A program made the translations under genes and the position numbers. A model generated the notes under the pieces. The model was not told where the DNA came from, ran no database searches, and worked only from the letters and a program-made list of their open reading frames with translations. From Lama guanicoe (lineage: Eukaryota): 64,000 bases of DNA. Of this stretch, positions 1 through 12,300 are shown one piece after another. Numbering within the stretch: the stretch's first letter is position 1; each line of letters begins with the position of its first letter. The stretch lies in NCBI GenBank assembly GCA_013239625.1, contig MU053934.1:11511003-11575002 (forward strand), read 5' to 3'.

Positions 1-499
1 CAGATAGGCAAGGTCAGCTACACTTTCCTGAGTTCTCCACCCTGCCCTCCCTGAATCCCACACGGGGCCCTGCTCAGACCCCTGAAGCCGGCTGCCTCGC
101 CTGCCTCAGCCCCATGTAGATTCTGGGTGGAAAGGGCCAGTGCTTTGCATGTTTCAAGCACACGCTTTGCGGTGTGTATATTGTTGCTATTATTGACATC
201 ATCAAGCCTAGATCGCAGACCCGGAAGGCCTTCCCCGTGGAGTGAGGCGGTTGCCTGAGTCGGCTGGGGAGGAGGCAGGCGGCCCTCACACCAGGTCTGT
301 CCGGCTCTCAGGACAGATCAGCCGAGCAGGGGCTGAGGGTATGGGTGTGTGTCCCGCAGGGTGGCCCCAGGGCCCCGGCTCCAGGACGGGGCAGAAACCC
401 TGGCTGTGCCATCAGTTCTCCGTCTGATTTCTCCCGAAGCCCAAGGCGTCTGCCTGTCTGTCTCAGTGTGTCATCGGGGAGGCAGAGAGGATGTGTTTC

Positions 500-660
500 T
501 TTCGCTCTCCTGACAGACAGGATTGTTTGGATTATGAATATCAGCTCGGGGGTGACAGGTGACAGGCGTCTTGGTATCGACCTTGCTCAGAAAGGTACCA
601 AAATAGAAAGTTCAATAATCTCTATTTTAACTGACAGTTAAAAATTCAATAAATCGTCCT
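500..660. promoter_or_regulatory. Candidate enhancer: AT-rich island with a cluster of TGACAG (MEIS/PKNOX/TGIF-type) motifs
   Basis: TGACAG at 511-516, 553-558, 560-565 and 632-637; palindrome TTTTAACTG-A-CAGTTAAAA at 625-643; no repeat similarity recognised. Confidence 0.4.
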
Positions 661-859
661 CTTGCCAGACACCTGTGTGCGATCAAGGCGGATAAATGCC
701 CTGGATTCCTTGCAGGCAAGCCCGGTGTTTGTGTGTAAAGCCACCAGCCCAGCTGGAAGGGACTGATGCTCCAGACAGCCCTTTTGAAAAGGAAACAATA
801 GCCCACAATCCCAGACGGTTCTGACAAACCCGAGAAAAAACCTTTCTCTATCCCCCTCC

Positions 860-1700
860 CGTGGACCCAAGACGGAGGCCACAGGACGGTTCCATTAGGG
901 ACGTCAACACGGAAGCCGGGTCTGTGAACATCTCTGCGCACAAGCAATGCGCCGGCACCAGCGGTGGGTTAGAAAGAGGATGGAAAACAGTTAGGTCTTC
1001 GCAGGGACCAAATGAAACGTGAATAGTACAAAAGAAAATAAATCCGGGGCAGTGTTAAAGAGAAGCCTGAAGAAAACTCAACAGCAAGGCGCGTGTCTGG
1101 GTCGTTGAAAGGCAGCAGTTATTTCTCCCTCAAGAAAGGAAGAATCGGGTGGTAAGAGTCAGACTGACATGTGACAATGTGGGCCGGGGCCAAGGGAGGG
1201 GCCGAGGCTCTAGAGGAGTGACTCCACACACAGGGTAAGCCCCAAACAGAAAAAGAACGCCCACAAATAAATGTGAAATGAACAAGGACCACGAACCCTC
1301 CTCCTGCAGAAAAAAAGTGTCGATGCAGGAGCAGAGGGAAGGAGATGGGCCCGGGAGGCCGGGGCGGCCCCACCGAGGGTGCTGGACCCCACAGTGCAGC
1401 ATGCGCCCCTCTGCCCAGTGTGTGGCTCGTTCACACTCGGGATCACTTTGTCAGTTAAAAACAATGAACTCGAGCCACGTGCACCAACTTCTGAGTCTCA
1501 AACCGTAATGCAGCGAAAAGTCAAGAGGGAACGAGCATGCTGCAAAATCACACACAGTGCATCGTGAACACGAGACTCTGAAACAGCACGGTATGTGGTG
1601 TGGACAGACGCACGTTTGTGGGGGTTTGTGAAATGCACGGGGAGCGCAGGGGCCCACTGAGGGGTGCAGGCAAGACGGGTGTCCCCCGAGGAGGAGGGGC
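860..1700 (+). mobile_element. Highly degenerate old L1 (L1M/L1ME-like) fragments
   Basis: A-rich + strand with weak resemblance to L1 ORF2 and 3' end (e.g. aaaacaatgaactcgagccacgtgcacc...tctcaaaccgtaatgcagcgaaaag); boundaries approximate. Confidence 0.4.
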
Positions 1701-1883
1701 ATCTACGGTGTGACCACCAACCTGAGAGCCTCTCCCCTTTCTGGGAACAACACCCGCCCCAGAAAGGGGCCAGCCTCATTCACACACTCGCAGGGCTATC
1801 AGTACCGGCCTGCGAGCCACTCACCTTCCTGTGAAGTGTTCAAAACTGAGACTCGGGGAGACCTTGTGATGGGGGGGAGTCCT

Positions 1884-2401
1884 AAATCTCAGGTACAGTG
1901 TGTCCATTTCTAGTGCACAGCACGGTCCCCGTCATACAGACACATACGTATATTTGTTTTCATGTTCTGTTTCATTAAAGGTTATTACAGCATATTGAAT
2001 ATAGCTCCCTGTGCCAGACAGAAGAAATGTGGTTTTTAAAAATCCATTTTTTATATAGTGGTTAACAGTTGCAAATCTCAAACTCCCAAATTTATCCTCC
2101 CCACCCCCTTTCCCCTGGGAACCGTAAGGTTGTTTACTGTGTCTGCAAGTCTGTTTCTGTTTTGTAGACGAGTTCATTAGTGTCCTCTTTTTTTCTTTAC
2201 TTTCCTTTTTTTTAGATTCCACTTATGAGTGATATACCACCGAAGCCACCTAAGTGTCCATCGACAGACGACGGGATAAAGAAGTTGTGGTGTATTTACA
2301 CAATGGAATACTACTCAGCCATAAAAAAGAATACAATAATGCCACTTGCAGCAACATGGACGGAGCTGGAGATCGTCATTCTAGGTGAAGAGAGCCAGAG
2401 A
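1884..2401 (-). mobile_element. 5'-truncated L1 with 5' inversion (3'UTR on - strand ~1884-2236; inverted ORF2 C-terminal piece on + strand ~2240-2401)
   Basis: - strand 3'UTR matches the copy at 63538-64000; + strand piece encodes PKCPSTDDGIKKLWCIYTMEYYSAIKKN..MPLAATWTELEIVILGE (L1 ORF2p C-terminus); gggagtcct on both flanks (1875-1883, 2402-2410). Confidence 0.9.
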
Positions 2402-3904
2402 GGGAGTCCTGGAGTTTTACAGGTTGAGTTTCATTACTTTAGACCAAAAAACAGGCCACCCGTGTAGCCCGTACTGGCATCCCTGCTGCGTCCCAGGTAT
2501 GTGCTCTGTCACCACCTACCCTGCCCCCAACCCCGAACCCCTCCGCTAGGACAGACCACCTGGGGACAAGAGGCCGGAGGCCACCCTGGGAGTTGTCACT
2601 CCAGCCACTTTACTTTCTGAGAACAAGGGCTTCCTTTTTCCGATTTGTAAGTTTTATGAGAAATATTAGAAGACCATGGAAGTTAAATCACTTACATTTG
2701 GTAAATTGTGTTTATCTATCAGACCAAAATTTCATGGAGAGAAGTACAGGCTAAACTACCTGTACGGCGTCTAATGCGGTACAGGGAGTCTGAGGGGCGA
2801 GGGCCCAGAAAACGCCCGTGTAGCACTTGAGCGGCCCTGGGAAGACCGGGTGTGGCCTCTCAGTGTCCCCCGTCTCTGTCCCCTGACCCTACAGTGATGA
2901 CAGCTGCCACTGTGGCCCCGTGCAGGGAGCAGTGACCCGTGCTCCGGGCGCGAGACCGCGGGGGCTGGCTGGTCTGCAGGGCGTCCTGGGGCATTTTCTT
3001 AGCACAGGGATGTCTTCGTCTTGACTTTAATTTCTTCAGCCTCACAAGCTGGCGTTCATGTTTATTAGTGGAATTTCAGACGAGGCTTTGCGGAGGCTTG
3101 ATGCGTCCTGGGCACGTTTCGGCCCCAGGGCCCCTGCTTTCCCCGGGGCCGGGCTGGGGGGCAGGGGACCCGGGGCTTGGTCCTGGCTCTGCCTCTGAGC
3201 AGCGCTGGGACGTGGAGAAGTCACTCACTGTCCGGTTCCTGATCTGACACGGGAGGGAGTGACCGATGTCTGGAGGGTCCGGTGAGCGCACAGGCACTTG
3301 GCAGACAGCCTGCGTGGGGATGGGGGTTGACGGCGTGGCCGGGAGGGTAATGAGGGTGTGACAGTTGTCACCGGAGCTTTGGGGGATGTGCTCCCACTGT
3401 CAGGGGACAGGGGGCAGCTGGGTCCATCCAGGTCCACCCTCAGGCCTCCAGCCCTGGGCCCCGAGCCCAGTGCTTTGTCCCAAAGGCCTCATGGTGCTCA
3501 CCCAGCCAGAGGTGGAACTGACCCCGCCAGCCCTGCCCCCGGGGAGCTGCGCCCTGCTGCCCGGCAGGCGTGTCCAGTGCAAGGACCCTGGGTCAGCCCC
3601 TGGCGGCCCCCTTGGAATTACAAATATTCACCCCACCTCCTGAGATGCTGGCCTCTGTCTGTGGGGGCCGTGGCCGTGGTGGGGGCTGCCCACAGCTCTC
3701 CAGGTCTTCATACAATTTGGGGCTCTTATTAGACCCCCCACGAGTCACACTTTTCTACAGTCTGCTCTTCCATCACCCTGGTTTCCACTGTAATCATCTT
3801 CCCTGAAGCCCTGTCCTCTCACCACACCAACTGTCCACCCTCCAGACCACACAAAGGGGCAGCTTCTTGACCTGAATTCCATGAGGATGCATTACTCAGT
3901 GGTG

Positions 3905-3968
3905 TCCATGCACACACAGGTGCACGCATGCACACACACAAGTGCACACACACACACACACACACACA
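3905..3968. repeat. (CA)n microsatellite, imperfect 5' part
   Basis: Directly visible cacacacaca run. Confidence 0.9.
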
Positions 3969-4988
3969 GACCGCATCTCCTTTAACAGGGACTTCAGCCC
4001 AGAGAAGGCACCGTGGGCAGAGCGCTACACGGGCATTTGTGATTTCTCTCCAGGACCCACCTGGGCCATCAGCTTCTCCACCGTTTGCTTGGATGGCACC
4101 CAACCCACCCAGAACACAACCATCTGGACCCTCTTCTTGCGGACGCTGGATGCCAAGAGCCACGTGTCCCCACAAGAGGAGGCAGGAGTCGGGAGCTGGA
4201 GCCGCCTTTGCTCCGGGCCCTGGCACCATCTGGGAGCCACGAGCCACATTTGCTCTGTGGAGGGAATCGGCTTCCAGAACTTCCTCTCCGGGACCCAGGC
4301 GGCCGCAGACCTGGCCATGTCGCTGCAGCCGGGAGGCTCTTGGCAGCCATGACGAGGCTAATTAGCAGAAGACAGCCACGTCCTGGGACCAAGCGCACCG
4401 CCTCCAGGGCAGAGAAATCAAAAGACAGATTTGTTTATTTATTTATTATTTTTCTGGCTTCGGCTCTTGCCTGCCGAACTTGGCTGTTGGAGGCATTTCT
4501 TTAAAAAATAAATTCTATTCTATTCTTGGATTTTAAGCAACTTGAAATTTCATTTTAACACTTATCATTCACTTGTCATTGACTCGTCCTTTCCCTGGTT
4601 GCTGGCTGCTGTTGGATGTCGGGGTTGTGGGTCTTAACGTCACGCAGGGCGGCAGCTGGGTGAGGGGCTGCAGAGAGATGGGCATGGACCCAGCGCCCCC
4701 TGGGTCCCCCAGTGAGCTTTCCTGGGCCGGGAGCATGGGAGAAAATGGGGGTGGGGGTTCTAGAAAGTCTGAGAGATTCACAGGGGGTCTGTGGACCTGA
4801 AAGGGCCAGGAGGAGGGGGCCCCTGGGCTGCAGGGAGGTTAGCCCCGCTCACTCATTTGTCTGTCATTCCTCCACCATCCTGCAGACGTTCCTGAGGAAC
4901 AGCTAAGCGCAAGCGTCCTTCCAGGTTCCAGGCGGACCAAACCCAGGTCTGAGACCCCGTCCTGGTGCCAGACAGAGGCCCCAGGGGA

Positions 4989-5436
4989 TGTTGCAGGAAA
5001 AACTGTGTCACAGCTCAGTTTGTGACAGCAACCTGGATCCGGGCGAGAGACCAGGCAGCGCTCAGAGGGTGGAGAACTCGGGTTTACTATGCCAGCAGGC
5101 CTGGAGGAGTTAACACTCCAAGCTCTGGACCCGTCTGCAGGTTTGCACAGGCTTTTATAGGCTGCCAGGCTGCACTCTGCAACACCCTATGCAAATGAAG
5201 TGTAACGAAGTTGACTAATTAGGAACAAGCTCTGTAGAAATGCACCAATCAGGAGGGAGAGAAATAACCAATCAGGAGTGAGCTCAGGGAACCAATACAA
5301 TTTTAGGTGTAAGTAAGCTGTTTCAGAGGCAAAAAGTGAGATAGAGCTTCCAGGTCCGGGAACCGGGTGGCGCTGGCAGGAGAGCAGCGGCCCTGCTGGG
5401 GGTCCTGCCGGTCTTTTGATGGGGCGTCCCGCCTCA
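4989..5436 (-). mobile_element. Solo LTR, ERV1-class, copy 1 of 3
   Basis: TG...CA termini, exact 4-bp TSD ggga (4985-4988 / 5437-5440); reverse complement aligns by eye with 15704-16149 and 50405-50976; octamer ATGCAAAT 5189-5196, TATA (ttttata) 5153-5159, CCAAT boxes. Confidence 0.93.
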
Positions 5437-6869
5437 GGGAGAGTGAAGACCGGGGCGTCTGGGGCAGAGCTGGGCGCGGGCGGAGAAGCCGGGGAGCACC
5501 TGCACCGTGTGTGGCTCCCGTGGACCCTGAGGGGCGGCGGGGGCTCCTCCAGCCTCTGCACTGCCAGGCCCACCCCCCCGGATCAAGCCTGATGAGGGAA
5601 ACTCCCGCCTTTTCTATGTTTCCGCAAACGTGGGAAAGGACCGCGTTAGCTCCCGGGCTAAGGACGGGCCGGGGGGAGCTGCTGGCCCCTCAGCCCAGTT
5701 CTGCTGCGCAGAATGAGGGCCCCGAGCAGAGCTCTGAGAAGGAGACAACAGGGTGCTCAGGAGAGCGGGGAGGCCACAGGCGGCCCCTTGGAGCCCCCGC
5801 GTGCAGCCCAGCCGCGCAGAGCTGGCCGGTGGGCGCACAAGGGCCGGGGACACCGCACAGCCTCAGATATCGCCCAGCGGTTGGTGGTCCCCCGGGAGGT
5901 TTGGTCGGGGGCGGGGGGTAAGGAGCAGACTCTGAGCAACGCTTGGGGAAACAGCTCTGGGCGGGCGCTGGAGGGCACGGCCCCCGTGTCCCGCCGTGGG
6001 AGCCGGCAGGCCCCTCGGCCTCCAGGACACAGCGCGTGCCCGCTCCCCTCCTCCCAGGCCTGCCCGCGGAGCGGTCAGAGGCTCAGGACGGTGGGGACCA
6101 GCAACACCTGAGACTGATGTTTCTACCTTGAAGTTACACCAGCGTCTACGCTGAGAACCTGCTGACTCCCGCTAACCCGCGGGTGGGAGGCCTCGCGCAG
6201 GAGTACGTCCCACAGCGTCAGGGCCCTGCGCTTCTCGAACAGAAGAGGGTCAGGGAGAGCCCGCCCAGAACACGCGGCGGCTCGGCGAGCCAGCAGGAGG
6301 CAGCCGCCCATCGGCCGCGCCCACGGCCCCTCTTGCACACAGCAGGGCAGCTGCGCCCCCAGTATTTCGTCTGCCTTTCCAGGCCCGGAAGGGAAGGGGC
6401 CCGGGAAGCGCTGACCAGTCCGCGCCCTCTACAGGTCCTCTCTGAGAAGGCAGAGGCTCCGCTGCATCTCTGCAGCCAGCCTGGGGTCCCGTGGCCCCCA
6501 GCTATGAGGGGAGTGGGGCTTTTTCTCCCCTTTTCTTTACTTTGTGCGTTTGGAGGGCAATGTATTAAAAAGAGAACATGAGGCTAGCCGGCCCTATGGT
6601 GCTCCTCTAAGAGAAAAGCCCTGCCCGCCCCCGAAAACCCTGAGAAGGAGAATCGCAGGTTTCGCCCAAATTACTCAACACTTGGGTGGGTTCAGCCTCC
6701 ACCTGCATCCTCTGCCGCTGACCTTCCCACGTGGCTCCAGCCTGGGCCCTCCCAGGCCCCAAATGCCGCCACCCAGGCGGAACCACGACCCCGGCGACCA
6801 GACGTGTGGCCCCTGCGCTGACACCGGCCCGTGTGCACAGGCAAAGCCCTGATTCCACATTGCCCGACG

Positions 6870-7075
6870 CTTGCTGCTTGATTGACTGTAGTGTTTATGG
6901 TCATGGTCTCTGAAGTTTTTTTAAGATAAAGAGGACAGAGTGCAGGGCAGCGAGAGGCAGTTGACAGTAAGTGCTTATTATGCAATTATGGGCGCATTAA
7001 TATGCATATTTTCTCTGCAGTTGGTAGCGCCTAAATACATAATTTTTGAATATTTAAGAAGCATGTTATCTCCAG
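6870..7075. promoter_or_regulatory. Candidate conserved enhancer rich in homeodomain motifs
   Basis: TGATTGAC 6879-6886, TTTATGG 6894-6900, TGACAG 6962-6967, TAAGTG 6968-6973, palindrome AATATGCATATT 6999-7010; AT-rich island in GC-rich context. Confidence 0.5.
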
Positions 7076-9266
7076 AGCCTTCTGTCTGCTGAAAAGTAGG
7101 AAACGTTCTCCCATGGAACGTGGCTAAGTCCCTCTTGCTACAGAGGGGCCTGCGGGTGACAAAAGTCTCCAGACGGTGGGAAGGGGCCGTGGGGACCTGG
7201 CTGAAGGGCAGAAGCTGTTGTCACTGAAGGTGCTTTTCAGGGGCAAGTGCGCCTCCCAGTTCTGCAGCTTGAACGGGAATGATGTAAACAGAGCGGGGGG
7301 CAGTGCCCTGGATGAGGTTCTGGAGCAAAGAGGAGCAGGAAGGACGGAGCAGCCGTGGGCGGGAACAGCAGGTGAGGGAATCAGGACACCAGGACTGGGC
7401 TGGACTCTGCGGATGCCCATGTGCTGCCTGGGGGGAGAGAGCAACGCGGGGAGAGATGGAGAGGCATCACCCACGTGCACACGCGCACACAGAGGCACAG
7501 AGGCACACGTGCACACACACAGAGGCACATGCAGCAAGATTTTAGGATTTCAGGAACAGATACAGACCAGGACAGGCCTTTTCTCGTCTTCCCTCTCCCT
7601 GGGAACAGTCTTCACGACCCCCGGCATCTGCCCAGAGGACATCCCTGACTCTGCAGCACCTCGGCTCCCCTCTCCGTGACCCCTAACACTTCACTGTCAC
7701 GGCTCTTGAGACCCAGTGGCCCTGTGCCTTCCAGGTGAGCTGGTGTGGCTGCCTGCTGGGCAGGGCGCCATGGTCCGAGCGTCCTGCCCGCACACCTGGC
7801 ACAGGTGCCGAGCACCATGTAGGCTCCCAGGGGACCAGTGGACAGGAACAGCACCTGCTGGGAGGGGTGAGATGGCAGGACTGTCCCCCTAATCATGGCC
7901 AACTGGGCCAGGCCTGTCTCCTGCCTCCCAGGCAGTGCCACCACAGATTCCAGGCTCTGCTCAGATTCGGGGTTCACCCTGCCCTCTGTGTGTGCAGGGA
8001 AAGGGCCCAGGAAGGCAGAGGACTGTGGGAGATGCCAAGGCGGCTGCCGGCAGGGTGGGTGGCCAAGGTCTCCCGAGTCCCCTTGCAAATGGGCCAGGCC
8101 TCTCCTCTGTAGAGCACAGGGCGCCCCAGGTGGCAGGCCTGGCAAACCCCCCTCCCTCTGCCCGTCTGGGGGTCTCCTGGGCTCAGGCACCTCTTTTTGC
8201 CCCAGTAGAGATGTCGGGGGACATGGCGTGAACTGCCTAAACCTCTAGGGCCAAGCAGGCGCTGTGGGCAGGTGCACCGCGGCCAGCGATCCGTGAGCAA
8301 GACCCAGGGGGTGGGGTGTGCGAGGACCAAGGCTCCTGGTGTTTCCATGCCGAGGCGTCCACGGTGAGGACAAACCCCTCCATCCCAGAAAGCCTGCAGT
8401 GTCAAGTGGGGACCACTGTGAACTGTGAATGGGGCTTCCACTCTTCAGAGCTCGCCTCTCTTCCACCTTGGATGTCCCCCGTTGGCCACCTCCCCGAGGG
8501 GACTCCTGCAGAGCAAATGTCTGATTTGAGCTCAGGGGACACGTGGAGTCCGCTACTTTTCCACACGCTGCGGGCCCTCGATCCTCTGCTGAATGCCCAG
8601 GGCCAGCTGCATCCCCTCCCAGGCCCCCAGGACTCCTGCCACTTGGAAAGCCAAGCCCCCCACCACCATCCCTGAGCTCCCTGACCCTCAGGGGACAGAG
8701 TGAAGGTGTGATCTCACCTCCTGTCTGCGCCCACTCCAGGAGGGACAGCCCTGCCCTCCTTGGCGACCTCCGCTGGTTCCTGCATTTAAGATGTGGGCTT
8801 CCCATGGCCACATGTCCTCCGGAAACTTCTCAGCACCTGCGGATCCCTCCCCCTCTCCTGGCTGTGACCCTGAGGACCCTGGAGACCACGGGGACAGTGT
8901 GGCCTCGGCTGAGACTCCGACCTCCCCAGCTGGTTCCCCCAGGGCCAGGGACCCCTGGGTCCAGGTCACCACCTGGATTCCTGCACCCAGCGCCCCTCCC
9001 TCGGCTTCTGAAGACCAGGGCCTCTTGCCTTTCTGGGCTCAGGGGGCCCCTGGCCTTCGGGAAGCCCAGCTTGGCTCCTGTTCCCGAGGAAAGGAGAAGG
9101 GAGGGTCCGTCCTCGTACGTCCGGCCACCAGCGTCCAGCTCTGCGGTGAGGGCCGCGTGCTCTGAGCCTGAGCCCCGCGCAGGGAGGGGCGGCCCCGCGC
9201 CCCAGGGTGCAGCTAGGGCCCCTCAGACTTGCTGGCACCTGGCCATCCTTTTCTCGACAGTTTTTA

Positions 9267-9501
9267 ATTTTTTATTTTTTTAAATTTATGTATATATTTT
9301 TGTTGACATGTAGTCAGTTTACAATGCTGTGTCAATTTCTGGTGTCCAGCACAACGCTTCAGTCATACAGGGACATACGAATATTCTTTTAAAATGTAAG
9401 TTACTGTAACATATTGAATAGTTCCCTGCGCTGTACAGTAGAAGCATGTAGCCTACATTTTATATATAGTAGCTAGTATCTGCAAATCTCAAAATCCCAG
9501 C
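9267..9501 (-). mobile_element. Short L1 3' end (cetartiodactyl/camelid type)
   Basis: T-rich tail then tagtcagtttacaatgctgtgtcaatttctggtg...atattgaatagttccctg; TSD acagttttta at 9257-9266 and 9502-9511. Confidence 0.88.
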
Positions 9502-9511
9502 ACAGTTTTTA

Positions 9512-9637
9512 TCTTTAACTTCTGTGTGGGGGAGGTAGTTGGGCATACTCATTAATTTTCGTGATGGAGGTGCTGGGCACTGGCCCAGGACCCTGTGGAC
9601 GCTGGGCCGGCGCTCCACCACTGAGCCGCCCTCCCCC
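9512..9637 (-). mobile_element. tRNA-derived SINE, Vic-1-like (camelid)
   Basis: Reverse complement reads gggggagggcggctcagtggtggagcg...ggtcctgggccagtgcccagcacctcca...aactacctccccc (A-box, degenerate B-box, Vic-1-type tail); degenerate TSD ttctc..cagtt at 9251-9262 / 9638-9649. Confidence 0.8.
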
Positions 9638-11713
9638 TTCTCAGCAGTTCTCACAGAAGGAAAGACAGAATCCTCTAAGGGGCCGGCTGGCGCAGCACAA
9701 GCTCTGAGCGGCCAGGGCCGTGTGTGGGTGGGGCTCCCCGTCCACCCCATGGCTGCCCGGCGCTGGGGTGGGGCTGCCCCCGGTGTTTGTTGAATCAGTG
9801 AATGCTCATGCAGGGAACAGACAAACATCGAAAAGTGGAGGGAACGCGTGGATTTCAGATTCTCCCACTGTGCCTGCCGAATCGGGCACGGTCACGTCGG
9901 GACTGTTGCCCCCGAGGGGGCGAGACGCCTCTCCTGCGTCCCCGCCGCCGCCGAGCAGTCCCGGGCTGCCGCGTCCTCACCTTGACGTCGCTGGGACCCG
10001 GGAGCCATCCCTGCGAGCTGAATACCAAGGTCGGTATTTTTAGATGCAATTCTTTAATTTTTGAAAACCCTCCAAAGAGATTTTAGTGATGGGTACATAG
10101 TTGATAAATACACATAAATTGAAGAGCTATAAAAAGAACTCTTTTAAGAACTCTCTGTTCTCTTTTCCATTTCCTGGAAGCTCATTAGCATATGTGGAGA
10201 GAGGCGGACTCCCGCCCTGGCGTCTGGGAGCGGGATGCTGACCCCAGGCCGACAGCCCTTCCTGGATGCCACGGCCCCGGGGCTGGAGAAGGTCGTGCTG
10301 AGTCCAGTGGCGTGGGGTGTGCCCAAGGCTCTCCCAAGGCCCAGCCTGCTCTGCGTCCTGGTCAGAGGCCCTGGACAGCGGACCCTTGAACAGGCTTGGA
10401 GACGCCGAGCCCCCGCGGGGAGGGCCGGGTGAACAGCAGTTTTCTGGAGGCTCAGGAAGTCTTGGCCCGTCCTTTAGATGCAGGCGGCACTGTGCACAGG
10501 CGGGATGCTCGGCCCTGCCGCCGGACAGGTGCCTGGAGGATCTGCCTCGGGGAGCACACAGGCCAGCGGCCCAGCCCACAGGCCACAGCAGCACCGAGAG
10601 TGAGGAGAGCGGAGACAGAGAACACAGAGCGCGGCTGGGGGCCCGGTCAGCGTCCTGAACCTTGCGCCTGAGAGCAGAGGCCCAGCCACACGCAGAATGG
10701 GAACCGGAGGCCTGATAGCGGGAACTACAGCAGGTGCCAGTGTCCTGAGGTGAGAGGCATGTGCAGTGCTTGGGAGGCCCCAGGAGGGCTGCCTGGGTGC
10801 ACGACCGGGGCCGGGGAGTCCAGAGGGCAGCGGGGAGCCACTGATGAAGGGGACCCGGAACTGCGTGTCCCCAGGCGGTGGCCTTCAGGGTGGGCCTGGG
10901 CGGGTGCTCGGGGCGCTGCGTGCACGGCCGGAGTGGGGTTCGCTTCCCCTGCACTGGTGCCCGGGGACGCGGGTGCACGTTCTGGAGAACACGGCTGCAC
11001 CAGCCGCCACGAGCCTCCGGACGGACAGGGGCCGGCGTGGGCATTTCTGGGCGAGGGAGGATTTCCCACGGCCTCAGTGGAAGCGTGAGACGGACCCCGC
11101 TGTCTCCTGCCTGAAGCTGTAAGTGGTTTCGGGCAACTTCCCTGAAAACCTCACAGCTGTTTCAGTTGCCACATCTCCAGCTTTTGAACATTGTCGCCGG
11201 CCCGACAGGCTCGCCGAAGCATCCAAGCCCTGCCCGTCTCACTGTCTCCAAAACCCCCGGCGGCCCGGCGCCCGGAGGCCTCCTGGGGACCGTGCGAGGC
11301 TCAGGGAGCGCCTGCTGCCCCGTCTCTGTGTCCCTTTGACTCCGTGTGAGACAGCCTCCCCTCGCCCGCAGTGACGGCACGTGTCGCGTGCAGCGCCCTT
11401 TTGGAAATGGCCGGCGTCTCTGGATACACGCGTCTGTCTCGGTGTCTCCCGGTCCTCGAACCCCCTCACTCGACCTCCCTGTTCTCACTGCTGTGTGGCT
11501 CCCGCCTCTGCCCCTCGGGGTTTCTAAATCCTTTCTTCCCCCAACTTTTGTGCTGCTGTGGGCTCGGCAAGCCTCCCGTTTCACCGTGTACCTAACTCAG
11601 CCGCGTTCACCCACACTTGGACCTGGTTCAGTTCAAGGTTCTAGACGTGCAAGTGTCACTGGTTTATCAGGGGGTTAAGAAGCTGAAGTTGGGTGTGTTG
11701 ACGATGCCAAACA

Positions 11714-11885
11714 GCCCCGTGGTCCTCCACCTCCCCATGGTCTCCCGCCTCCCCGTGGTCCTCCCACCTCCCCGTGGTCCCCAGCCTCCCCATGGTCCCC
11801 TCTTCCCTGTGGTCCCCACCTCCCCGTGGTCCTCCCACCTCCCCGTGGCCCCCGCCTCCCTGTGGCCCCCTGCCTCCCTGTCGCC
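11714..11885. repeat. GC-rich minisatellite, about 18-bp unit (ccccgtggtcctccacct-like), about 9 copies
   Basis: Recurrent ccc(c)RTGGtccc core directly visible. Confidence 0.85.
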
Positions 11886-12154
11886 TGCACCTCCCACAGG
11901 CAGACGCTGTGCTTCGCCCCGTGGCTCCCCTGTTTGCAGCGGCTCCTTGGCAGACCTCCTGATCCATGTCAGCAGCTGAGAGGGGTCTCCGGGAATGTGG
12001 GGCCACCAGACAGCACACAGTGAGGACACGCCTGGGGGCCAGGGGCTCCGAGCCAGGCAGATTACATGACTGCAGGTGAGTTTCCAGGAAACCCAGGTCA
12101 TAAGACAGATTTGAAACTGGACTGAGTGGAGTCACACAGCAGGGCACACGTGTG

Positions 12155-12300
12155 CACACTCACCCACGAGTCACCCGGCATCCACCGAGCGCCAGGCACT
12201 GTCCCAGGTCCTGGGGCCTGAGCAACGGGCAACAGCCCCCAACAGTGTCCCCTTCCTGTGGGCCTCATTCCAGAGGGGAGGCAGGTGGGGACCGCTGAAC
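12155..12300 (-). mobile_element. Probable L2 3' end fragment
   Basis: cactcacccac...ccaccgagcgccaggcactgtcccaggtcctgggg...gtccccttcctgtgggcctcattccagaggg resembles the reverse-complement L2 3' end. Confidence 0.5.

Noticed and set aside
7600..8250. Possible ancient retroelement or processed-pseudogene fragment
   Set aside because: I could not match it to any family with confidence.
9560..9637. Possible tRNA gene
   Set aside because: Degenerate B-box, SINE tail and TSD identify it as a tRNA-derived SINE.
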